Below the pieces are notes generated by a model, which saw only the letters and a program-made list of their open reading frames with translations, ran no database searches and had not been told where the DNA came from. This document shows, one piece after another, positions 28,972 to 37,333 of a DNA stretch of 60,176 bases. The position numbers were made by a program, and so were the translations under genes. Source of the stretch: an uncultured virus (IMG/VR IMGVR_UViG_3300029258_002658). Lineage: Duplodnaviria > Heunggongvirae > Uroviricota > Caudoviricetes. The number at the start of each line of letters is the position of its first letter. Positions within the stretch are counted from its first letter, which is position 1. The DNA lies in the IMG/VR virus record IMGVR_UViG_3300029258_002658; one strand, given 5' to 3'.

Positions 28972-29766
28972 CTACCTGTTCCTAGCGTTTTCGATTGCCT
29001 TTCGCAGGATAGCCCGGACGACGCGAAAGTCCTCAGTGTACGGGATCAGTTCCTGGGACATGTTACACAGTATAAAAGAAGGGTGATACGCAACCCAAAC
29101 CTTTATTCTGGGGTCGCGGGGATAATCGTAAAGCTGGCTCTTCAGTTCGGTCATCTTAGAAGTCGCTGAAACCTCCAATATGGCCGTGGCTGCGGACTTC
29201 CCCAAACACACGATCAGCCAAGGCTGGATGAGTCCCAGTTGATCGTGGAGGTACGGCATACAGGCTTGGACTTGGGAGTTCAGCGGAGGAGCATCCTCCA
29301 GCGGCAGTTTGTCCGGGTGAAGGCTCCGGCACTTGGTAGTGTTCGAGATGAACACCTGCTCTCGCCTGAGGCCTAGATATTCGATAACGCGGTCGAGTAG
29401 CTGTCCTGACCGACCTACGAAAGGCCTGCCTACAGGGCTGGCTCCACGACTCCAGTCTGGTCGCTCTTCTTCCTTCCCTGGGGACTCTCCGATGAAGGCC
29501 ACGATAGCTTGTGGGTGTCCCTCCCCTGAGACGGCACGGACTCTGCGCCGGATGCGGTTGACACCCAACTCGCAACGTCTGCATTGAACGATCTCACCGA
29601 CCATGCGATTCAGGCTTCGTGCGATCTCTTTCCGGGGCAGTTGACCCGACCGGTCGAAACCAATCAGAGGCACGTCCTGGGTGATGCCGAGCCGCTCGGC
29701 CAAAGCACGGTTGCGTGTGATCGACTCCCATAGCCGGTTGAAGTTGCTAGCGGTTATTTTTTCCAT
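28972..29766 (-). CDS. udg: Uracil-DNA glycosylase, family 4 (4Fe-4S type)
   Basis: CRRCEL; FIGESPG; PFVGRSG; SNTTKC; C.PYL..Q; YHPS. Confidence 0.9.
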   Translation of the reverse strand: MEKITASNFNRLWESITRNRALAERLGITQDVPLIGFDRSGQLPRKEIARSLNRMVGEIVQCRRCELGVNRIRRRVRAVSGEGHPQAIVAFIGESPGKEEERPDWSRGASPVGRPFVGRSGQLLDRVIEYLGLRREQVFISNTTKCRSLHPDKLPLEDAPPLNSQVQACMPYLHDQLGLIQPWLIVCLGKSAATAILEVSATSKMTELKSQLYDYPRDPRIKVWVAYHPSFILCNMSQELIPYTEDFRVVRAILRKAIENARNR

Positions 29767-32627
29767 CGCTTCAGCCTCTTCGCTCCGTTGGTGACGTTGG
29801 TGTCTCGGACGACCCGTTGCATCCCCGTCAGCATCGTTCCCTGAAGGATTTCGGTATGCTCGTCCGCGAGGTGTTCCGGACTCTCGGTGTTCTCCTCATC
29901 GTGGATGAACGACCACAACAAAAGGCCTTCTCTCCACCCGAGGTAGAGCGCCAGCTTCGCCCCGTCAGCAGCTAGGCCTTGGAACTGAGTGTTGTGCCAT
30001 TCGTTCAGCCCACCATCGTGGCCCTTGGCTTCTCCCTTGAACAGAGCGCCCCGAAGTCGCCCTGTTAGGACAAAGCAGTTGTCGTAGTAGGGCTCGTAGG
30101 GTAGTGGAGGGGTAGGGATGAGGTGCTGGACACCATCGCGCAGCCACCTCTTCCACACGGGGTGCATCTCCATGCCCGCTCGATATGCAGCCTCCGCCTC
30201 CTCCCGCGTCATATCTACTCGGTAGTCGGTCTTGGCCAGGACTTGGATTCGGGGAGGTTTCATCCCACCAGCTACCCCGAAGTTGAATGGCTTCGCGCCT
30301 TGCCGCGCTTCTTTGATGGTCTTCTTGCGTTGCTTCGCAGGGATGGACTGCGGAAGCATGGCCTCCATCAAAAGGTAGGTCCATGCGTCCTTGGCAATGT
30401 CTTCTCCGGAATCCTTGGGGTCCACTACATCATCGATCCAATCAAACCGCTTGCGAAGCCGGACCATGATCTCGTCCACCTCACTCTGGGACACGGCTCG
30501 TTTCATGTCTCTAAGGTCCGGGTCCGAGAGGATAGGCATCCACTTCGCCTGCTCCTTCGGGAAACGGATCTTCATGCCCGTGAGGAAGTGGAGGTCGTAC
30601 CCATCGTTGAGGTACTTCGCCATCGAGTGGTCGTTGTACCGGTGGATGTAGATCTCTGCTTGGGTGACCATCTCGATGGCTCCGTAGTCGCTCCCGATCA
30701 GGAGCCACCCCTCCGGCGCTACGAAGCATCCACGGAAGCGACTGTCGCGTTTCACCTGCTGGATATTGGGCTCACCGGCTCCGGTTCGACCTGTGGAGAC
30801 TAGGGGCTTGTAGGCAGGGTAGACACGGCCTCGATTGACCCCGACGAGGTTTAGGCGAACCCGTAGTTCCTTCAGGCTCAGCTTCCCTGCGGCACCTTTG
30901 CCGATGATCTTTCGGAGCCGCAGATACCCAGGGATGTAGGTCTTGACTGCGCCGATCTCTTTGCGCTTCTCAGCTGCCTGGAAATACAAACGCAGAACAG
31001 GATCCGGAAGATCGCTAACATCGTCTACCTTGAAATGGTACAGCCACGCCTTTCGCTTCAACCCCAGATCGTTCAGCAACTCCTCGGGTTGGTTAGGAAG
31101 CACGTACTGCGCGATATACGTCCGGAGGTCGTTCTCCTGGACCTTCCACGTAGTTGGGTTGGCGAAGCGAAATATCGAGCCCTTGCCCGCTTCTGGTGCC
31201 CCTTGGAAGTTGAGCGTACTGCGCTCATCGCCGTCCGGGCCTAGATGCCCATATATGTTGCGGAACATCAAGGCTTTGCGTGGGCCTGCCTTGAAGGTCT
31301 TACCTGGGTTGTCGGCTTCCAGCTTGGCCACCGCCTCTCCGGGGTCGCGGTCTACCCAAGCCACCTCGACGGTGTTCTCCTTGTCGATCCTGTAGATGGA
31401 GTATCCAGGCTGCCCTGCTAGCCGACGATATAGGATCGTCAATTCATCCGACATCGTCTCCAACAGGTCGAAGGTGTAGTCTACGTCCACCTCGACGCCG
31501 TTGAGTCCTACCCAAGCCAAGGCGTACGCCCCGAGGAACTGGATGGTGTGGGTCTGCCAACCGAACTCCAGCCCCGCTTCACGGTACAGTCTGCTGTAGA
31601 CCCGCTCGTCTTTTTGGATCAGAAGCCCCCGCAGTCGGGTCATCTGCTTTTTCGCCTTCCGTGCCACCTCCCAAGTGTGGGGGTTCTCGTACATCTCCCT
31701 CATCACCGCTACCGCAGCTAGACAGTCCGAGGTTACGTAGTCCGCTTGCTGCTCGCTGATTGCTCTGGCGTGGCCTACGAACTCTGCGAAGGTAAACCTC
31801 TCCTCCTTGGTGATATCTGCGCCCACCCATCGTTTTGTCGCCGCTCCCAATGTGTAGGGGCCTGTCCAACCTTTCATCCATGGGAAGAGGACAGCACTGT
31901 CCTTGGTCCAAACCCGACTGTAGACCCCAATATCCCATAGCTGATTGAACAGCATCGCGTCGAGGACGTACCCCTGTGTCATGCGCCGGATCAAGAGATC
32001 ATGGACACGTTCGCGGAAGCCAGGGATGCGGAAATCAAGCGCCGGGATATCGAAGGAGGCGATGTTCCAGCCAGTCCAGATTTGTGTGGGGTAGGTCGCG
32101 TGTTGGTTGAGGAAGAAATCGGGGATCCGTTCGGGTTCGACCAAGAGACGCTCGCCCTTCTCGTTGGCGACACCCATTACAACGATAGGAGGGAACTCCC
32201 CGTCTTCGATAGGCGGAGCCTCCAAGTCGAAGCCTATGTATTTCCCGCCGATAGCCGTATCCCCGTCCCACCACAAGGAAGACGCGCAAGGCTCTGAATC
32301 CCCCGGCTTTACCTTCTCGATCTCATCGAAGAGAGTCGGTCGCTTCCGTGCTGTCCGCTTCCATGGGTCATGGGTCACTCGGTAGTGCCACCCCGTCTTC
32401 TGCTTCAGCTTGAACTCGATGCGGCGACCTAGCCAATGCTCCGTCTCGATCCAACCATCTTGGGAACCCAGGATCTTCAGCTGATGCTCTTCGAGTATCT
32501 GCTGCATGAGATCCGTGGATACTTCGTTGTCGTTTGGGAGAACCCCCGTATGTCGAGACCTTTGGACGATCCCTCGTACCACCCGCCGTAGTTTTTTCCC
32601 GCCCAACAGTGCAGCCATTGCGATCAC
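29754..32627 (-). CDS. polA: Family A DNA polymerase with 3'-5' exonuclease
   Basis: Exo motifs GFDLE, GWNIASFD, YVTSDC; STGRT..PNIQQ; motif A SDYGAIEM; motif B RQGAKPFNFG; motif C FIHDE. Confidence 0.92.
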   Translation of the reverse strand: MIAMAALLGGKKLRRVVRGIVQRSRHTGVLPNDNEVSTDLMQQILEEHQLKILGSQDGWIETEHWLGRRIEFKLKQKTGWHYRVTHDPWKRTARKRPTLFDEIEKVKPGDSEPCASSLWWDGDTAIGGKYIGFDLEAPPIEDGEFPPIVVMGVANEKGERLLVEPERIPDFFLNQHATYPTQIWTGWNIASFDIPALDFRIPGFRERVHDLLIRRMTQGYVLDAMLFNQLWDIGVYSRVWTKDSAVLFPWMKGWTGPYTLGAATKRWVGADITKEERFTFAEFVGHARAISEQQADYVTSDCLAAVAVMREMYENPHTWEVARKAKKQMTRLRGLLIQKDERVYSRLYREAGLEFGWQTHTIQFLGAYALAWVGLNGVEVDVDYTFDLLETMSDELTILYRRLAGQPGYSIYRIDKENTVEVAWVDRDPGEAVAKLEADNPGKTFKAGPRKALMFRNIYGHLGPDGDERSTLNFQGAPEAGKGSIFRFANPTTWKVQENDLRTYIAQYVLPNQPEELLNDLGLKRKAWLYHFKVDDVSDLPDPVLRLYFQAAEKRKEIGAVKTYIPGYLRLRKIIGKGAAGKLSLKELRVRLNLVGVNRGRVYPAYKPLVSTGRTGAGEPNIQQVKRDSRFRGCFVAPEGWLLIGSDYGAIEMVTQAEIYIHRYNDHSMAKYLNDGYDLHFLTGMKIRFPKEQAKWMPILSDPDLRDMKRAVSQSEVDEIMVRLRKRFDWIDDVVDPKDSGEDIAKDAWTYLLMEAMLPQSIPAKQRKKTIKEARQGAKPFNFGVAGGMKPPRIQVLAKTDYRVDMTREEAEAAYRAGMEMHPVWKRWLRDGVQHLIPTPPLPYEPYYDNCFVLTGRLRGALFKGEAKGHDGGLNEWHNTQFQGLAADGAKLALYLGWREGLLLWSFIHDEENTESPEHLADEHTEILQGTMLTGMQRVVRDTNVTNGAKRLKRWKK

Positions 32628-32651
32628 CTAGAAGACCTTCGTGAAGAGACT

Positions 32652-32670
32652 CCTCTTGTTGGTGACGCAG
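32652..32670 (-). promoter_or_regulatory. Promoter-like motif variant upstream of the polymerase
   Basis: Reverse complement CTGCGTCACCAACAAGAGG; near-identical to the 36964-36983 copy. Confidence 0.5.
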
Positions 32671-32672
32671 GA

Positions 32673-33350
32673 TCAAACAGGAGGGGCAGCTATGATTGCT
32701 ACCTTCCCCTCTGGCATGTCTTGGAGGAGGCACCCAACGGCAAAGAGACCTGTAGGCTCCTGGTACTCGTTCCCTGGGGCCTCGTGCTTGACGTACTGCG
32801 TGATACGAGGCAGCAAGAGATCGCTGACGATGTGCCGCACCATTAGGTAGGAGAACCGCGTCCGTGGCTCATCCTGTTCACCACAGTACAGGTACCGGAT
32901 ATCAGAGCGAGCATCGTGTACTTCGACGGCGTGTTGCCCACGAGCGGCTACGAATGCGAGGCGGAAGTCTACGATGGAGTTGAGTGACCCTAGGCCGAAA
33001 GTGGGGCGGTTGTGGCCCAATATGGACAGCATGACCCACCGAACGCGAGGACTCACCTGAGGACGCCGAGTGATCTCAATAGCGTCGGGGTGATTCAGGA
33101 GCAAGCTGTCGGGGTCCGTTTTCCGCCACAACCGTGTACCGATGGCCTTGATGTCCATGAACTGCCGCAGGAGTAGCGACGGGTTCATGTCAGGCCTGGG
33201 AACGCCTTGGGCTGTCCGTCCGGTGGTGTTGCCTGTCCAACAGATGCGGCACCCGGTAGCAATGGATAGTGCCTGCGCGGTAAGGCCCGAGAATCGCGCC
33301 CCTACGCGGTCGATGCGATCCTCCGGTATGACGGCTTCTGCCCCAGACAC
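32673..33350 (-). CDS. Hypothetical protein
   Basis: 225 aa ORF tiling in the minus-strand block. Confidence 0.55.
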   Translation of the reverse strand: MSGAEAVIPEDRIDRVGARFSGLTAQALSIATGCRICWTGNTTGRTAQGVPRPDMNPSLLLRQFMDIKAIGTRLWRKTDPDSLLLNHPDAIEITRRPQVSPRVRWVMLSILGHNRPTFGLGSLNSIVDFRLAFVAARGQHAVEVHDARSDIRYLYCGEQDEPRTRFSYLMVRHIVSDLLLPRITQYVKHEAPGNEYQEPTGLFAVGCLLQDMPEGKVAIIAAPPV

Positions 33351-33356
33351 AGCGTT

Positions 33357-33785
33357 CTACCTTCCGCATCCCCCTTGCGGGTACGTCCAACGTTGGCACT
33401 CCATAGTCATAGGTGGTGCAACGATGGTTGGCCAGCCGAATCCGTAGGGCTGCTGGAGGGAAAGTTGGGGATCGCCCATTACCGCAGTGCCTGAACGCTT
33501 CGCACGGTTCGGGTCCACCAGATACAGGTGGACTGGGATCCCGACGAAGTTGTTCGGGAGGCGGGCGTTGAGACGCGGGTCGTACTCAATGGCCACGACG
33601 AAAATGGACCGCTGGGGATCCCACCACAGTTCCGGGGTGATGGCAGAGTTGTAGTTCCGCAGAAGCCACCGGGCTCGGGCCAAGGCCTGGAGTTCAACGG
33701 GATACGGCTGCCGCATGGGTTGGCAGCTGGCGGTTTGGGGGCAGGGGTATGCGGGTATACGCAGCATCGTAAGCCTCCCGGTCAC
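33357..33785 (-). CDS. Hypothetical protein
   Basis: 142 aa ORF tiling in the minus-strand block. Confidence 0.55.
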   Translation of the reverse strand: MTGRLTMLRIPAYPCPQTASCQPMRQPYPVELQALARARWLLRNYNSAITPELWWDPQRSIFVVAIEYDPRLNARLPNNFVGIPVHLYLVDPNRAKRSGTAVMGDPQLSLQQPYGFGWPTIVAPPMTMECQRWTYPQGGCGR

Positions 33786-33843
33786 GACGTAGATCGGTCA
33801 AGTCCCTGGTATTCTAGCCGAGGGATGCGCTTCCGCCGATACC

Positions 33844-36800
33844 CTAGCCCTCGGGCCAAACCTGAAGGGGTCGTATCTTCATCAGGGAAGGGTCTACCAT
33901 CCACGCACGGGAATCCGTGAGCCCCTTCTTCTCCAACCACTCGCGGATCGCCCGGACGAGGTTCCTTCGGCCCTCCACCGACAAGATCTCGGCTCCCTGG
34001 TAGTAGGCTACGTAAAGCCCATCGATGGCTTGGACGGTGATGTCGTTCTCGCCAATTTCGGTGGAGTAGGCCACAGGGCCGCTGACCGTGTCGTCTCCTT
34101 TAACGGGCTTCCCGGTAGCGATATCGATTTCGCGGCCCTTGAGGAACACCGGGATGCTGCTGGTGTTCATTTCGAGCCACCCGTCGATGACATCGAGTAT
34201 ACCGTCGTAGGTTTTGGCAAACCCTACGATATGTTCCTTCAGATCCCCACCCGTGAACAGTGCTTGGAATCGCCGTTCACGGCTCGTGGTCTCGATGATC
34301 TCGATCTTCCCATCTTCTTCCATCCCATCCGGGAGTGGAGGTGGTGACATACCTACTGCTTGGGGGGTTGACGATAACTGGCCCGTGGAGAGGTTGATCT
34401 CGTAAGCACTCTGGTCGGAATCGAGGTACATGATCTTGGGGACGCCGTCAGGGAAGGGCGTGTTCCGGACCCATACTCGCAACTGGTCAATCAGGTCATC
34501 CCACTCGGGACTATTGGCGGCGAAATGGCCACCGTAGGCCGCTTCGTAGCCATCCTCCGTCTCCTGAACGTACACATCTCCCGTAGGCTCTGGGCCTTCA
34601 GGTCCGGCAGGTTCGCCGCCGCTCACCTGTCGCTCCTTGAGGGGGGTACGCCACTTCCAATGGCAAACCGGGCATTCCCATAGATCCTCGCTATCCCGCA
34701 CCCCTCGGTGGATCCCCCCTCCACACCCTTTCTTGGGACAGGTAGGGGCTTCGATCTGCTCGTCGTACTCCGGTCCAGCGGTGACCTGGGGATTGTGGAT
34801 TGGACGGCGACCGTGCATCCGTACCAAGCTAGGCCCAGCAGCGACCGTTGGTGCTGGGGGGTTCTCGAACAAGCGGAGTATCTCCGCTTCGGGTTGCCCA
34901 CTGACCCGTACCAGCAGAGGCACAAAGGTATCGCCCTGGGTGCGGAAGATATCTTCGGGGGACTGTTGCCTCATCTCCTCCACGCTGATGCCTAGGCCGT
35001 TCGCCACCGCTCGGATCTCAGGCTTTCCTAGTTCAAGCATTTCGATGAGGTAATAGTCCCACGGTGAATCCTCGGACTCTTTGCCCTCAGGCGACTCTTC
35101 GTCGTCGTATGTGTCATCGTATATTTCGCGCCGGAGATCCTCGTAGAAGGCTCGGAGGTTGTTCACCTCCCCCATCCCTCTGCCGGTTGGTACCAGGACG
35201 AGAATATGCTCCCAGCCGTTGTCCATGTAGGCCTGTATGATGGCATCCCCAACCTCGCCGGAAAGGCTCGTGTTTTCCTCGTCTAACGCAAGGGGCACCA
35301 TCACACGACGCGGGATCGCTTTGACCATACGCCGCGCCCGTTTCTCGAAGTGCGGGTGATCCACACCGATGTCCAGGAGTTTCTGCGCTCCGAGTGCGGC
35401 CTTGGTAAGCAGTTCGGTAGCCTCTACATCTTCCTCGAATTGATCCGACGCCCAGTCGATCTCATCGATCTCCATGACCACCAAGTCGTAGTCTTGGGTA
35501 GGCCTTCCCTGGCCACGCAGAGTCGCATTCCCCGTCGTAGCTGCTTGGTAGATGTGTCGTCCAGGGCTCGGGAGGTTGGGGTTCCGGAAGCTGTCGTAGT
35601 CCGGGTACATCGCTGCCAACAGGACCCACACCGGATGGACTTCTTCGAGGTTGGGTATGGAACTACCAGAGATGGCTGGCATGGAGGTCTCCGGGTCTTC
35701 TGGATCTTTCGGGACCGGCAAGGTGAAGGTGATCTGCGGTACCCCTTCATCATCGGAATCGGTGTCGGGCTCGGCGGTCGGCTCCGATGGCGATGGTAAG
35801 GGTTCCTGTTCCTCTTCAGTATCTTCCGGTTCTTGACGGGGAACGCTGGCCGTTCGTTGTGGGGGTTTGATCGGACTCTCCAGCCTCTCCTCGATGGGGA
35901 GGTTCTTGGTCAGTCCTACCAAGGCCCGGTACCGAGCGGCAGCCTCCTTAGGATTCTCCGCATTTATGGGGCGCGGAGCAACGGTAAGGCCCTGGTACCG
36001 ACCGAGGACGTTCCCGGAGACGAGGTTACCTGGGTGGACCCCTACAACCACTCCGGTCTTGCGATTCTCCGTCTCCATCCCAACCACGTAGACTCGGTTC
36101 TTCTGCGGTAAGGCCCCGACATCCCCTCGCGGTTTACGTGTCCCAAACCCCAGCTGTTTCAGGGTGTGGCGCATCCCTTCCCAGCCGTTTTGGAGTAGAC
36201 CGGAGATGGATTCGGGGCTACCCGCAAAAGGGGCCTTGTCGTCCCCTTCGGCGTCCCACTGCTTCGCCAGTCCGTCGATGGCTTCCGCGATATTCGCAAA
36301 GCCTTTCGGTGGTGTGATCGTGAACCCCAACTGGAGGAGGGCGTCAGCCGCGTTCTGTACTCGAACTTGGAAGGGGCTCGCGTTGCCGTACTTCTTAGTC
36401 AGGTGCTTGTTGAGCCACTGCCCTGCTTGGTTGAGCCTCGTAACCTCCGCAGGGGTGATAATGGCATCGTCATACCGAACATTGAAGGGAGCAATCAGCC
36501 CCTTCGAAGTGTGGAACTGCACCTGGATTGCGGAGTCGGTAGTAGGTGCAGAGCGAATATGGCTGAAGACCGGGCCGAAGCCGAGGTAGTAAACACCTGC
36601 GTCCGCAATCTCCTCCGGGAGAACGGGCTTTCCTCGGGACCACCCAATATCCACCAAGCAATCTACGAAAAGGCCCGCCACTACGCTTCCCGTTTGGGGC
36701 TCTGCCTTCTTGCGAAAGTCATGCCCCAGCCCGTGGGCGATGTCTAGCTGTACCGCCCCGTACAGCTTCTCCTGGACCTCGGCCATCTTCTTCAGAAAGG

Positions 36801-36900
36801 CCCCGACGACCGCCTTCAATTCCACCAGCTGCCCACGCGGATCGACGTAGGCTACCGGTGGCTTCTGGGGATCTGGGCGGGATTCGGTTTTCCTCGCCAT
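33844..36900 (-). CDS. Large multidomain protein with V(S/T/A)xGP-type linkers and a Zn ribbon
   Basis: AGGAGG RBS before MARKTE; CPKKGC...CPVC; three similar small C-terminal domains separated by VSGG, AVGM and TVSGP. Confidence 0.8.
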   Translation of the reverse strand: MARKTESRPDPQKPPVAYVDPRGQLVELKAVVGAFLKKMAEVQEKLYGAVQLDIAHGLGHDFRKKAEPQTGSVVAGLFVDCLVDIGWSRGKPVLPEEIADAGVYYLGFGPVFSHIRSAPTTDSAIQVQFHTSKGLIAPFNVRYDDAIITPAEVTRLNQAGQWLNKHLTKKYGNASPFQVRVQNAADALLQLGFTITPPKGFANIAEAIDGLAKQWDAEGDDKAPFAGSPESISGLLQNGWEGMRHTLKQLGFGTRKPRGDVGALPQKNRVYVVGMETENRKTGVVVGVHPGNLVSGNVLGRYQGLTVAPRPINAENPKEAAARYRALVGLTKNLPIEERLESPIKPPQRTASVPRQEPEDTEEEQEPLPSPSEPTAEPDTDSDDEGVPQITFTLPVPKDPEDPETSMPAISGSSIPNLEEVHPVWVLLAAMYPDYDSFRNPNLPSPGRHIYQAATTGNATLRGQGRPTQDYDLVVMEIDEIDWASDQFEEDVEATELLTKAALGAQKLLDIGVDHPHFEKRARRMVKAIPRRVMVPLALDEENTSLSGEVGDAIIQAYMDNGWEHILVLVPTGRGMGEVNNLRAFYEDLRREIYDDTYDDEESPEGKESEDSPWDYYLIEMLELGKPEIRAVANGLGISVEEMRQQSPEDIFRTQGDTFVPLLVRVSGQPEAEILRLFENPPAPTVAAGPSLVRMHGRRPIHNPQVTAGPEYDEQIEAPTCPKKGCGGGIHRGVRDSEDLWECPVCHWKWRTPLKERQVSGGEPAGPEGPEPTGDVYVQETEDGYEAAYGGHFAANSPEWDDLIDQLRVWVRNTPFPDGVPKIMYLDSDQSAYEINLSTGQLSSTPQAVGMSPPPLPDGMEEDGKIEIIETTSRERRFQALFTGGDLKEHIVGFAKTYDGILDVIDGWLEMNTSSIPVFLKGREIDIATGKPVKGDDTVSGPVAYSTEIGENDITVQAIDGLYVAYYQGAEILSVEGRRNLVRAIREWLEKKGLTDSRAWMVDPSLMKIRPLQVWPEG

Positions 36901-36963
36901 ATAACCTCCTGTTGCAACTGCGACTGACGATACCACGGAGCCTCCCCACCGAACAGGGAGGCC

Positions 36964-36983
36964 CCTCTTGTTTAGTGACGCAG
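36964..36983 (-). promoter_or_regulatory. Promoter-like motif variant
   Basis: Reverse complement CTGCGTCACTAAACAAGAGG. Confidence 0.55.
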
Positions 36984-36993
36984 CTGCGAGAGG

Positions 36994-37320
36994 TTATTGG
37001 GGATTCGCGAGGTACTGTTGGTACAGTTGGACGATACGCTGGGCCGGGACACCACCAATCTCGGACCCGACCGGCTGCCCTTGCTTAATGAAGATGAGGG
37101 TAGGTGTGGCGGTGATGCGGTAGGTAGCCGAAATGGGCATCCCTGCGGGGTGCATCGTATCGCAGGCAAGGATCGCAATCTCAGGGTGATTCTCGGCCAC
37201 CCAGTCGATCTGGGACTTCATACCGACGCAGGCCCCGCACTGCTTGTTGTGGAAGTAGACAACCCCGGTCCAGTTGGAAGGTGGGTTGTATCCTGAGGTC
37301 GTGATTTCTTGGACTGGCAT
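36994..37320 (-). CDS. Thioredoxin
   Basis: CGAC active site; YRITATPTLIFIKQG cis-Pro region. Confidence 0.85.
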   Translation of the reverse strand: MPVQEITTSGYNPPSNWTGVVYFHNKQCGACVGMKSQIDWVAENHPEIAILACDTMHPAGMPISATYRITATPTLIFIKQGQPVGSEIGGVPAQRIVQLYQQYLANPQ

Positions 37321-37333
37321 AGGTCGTTGTGGG

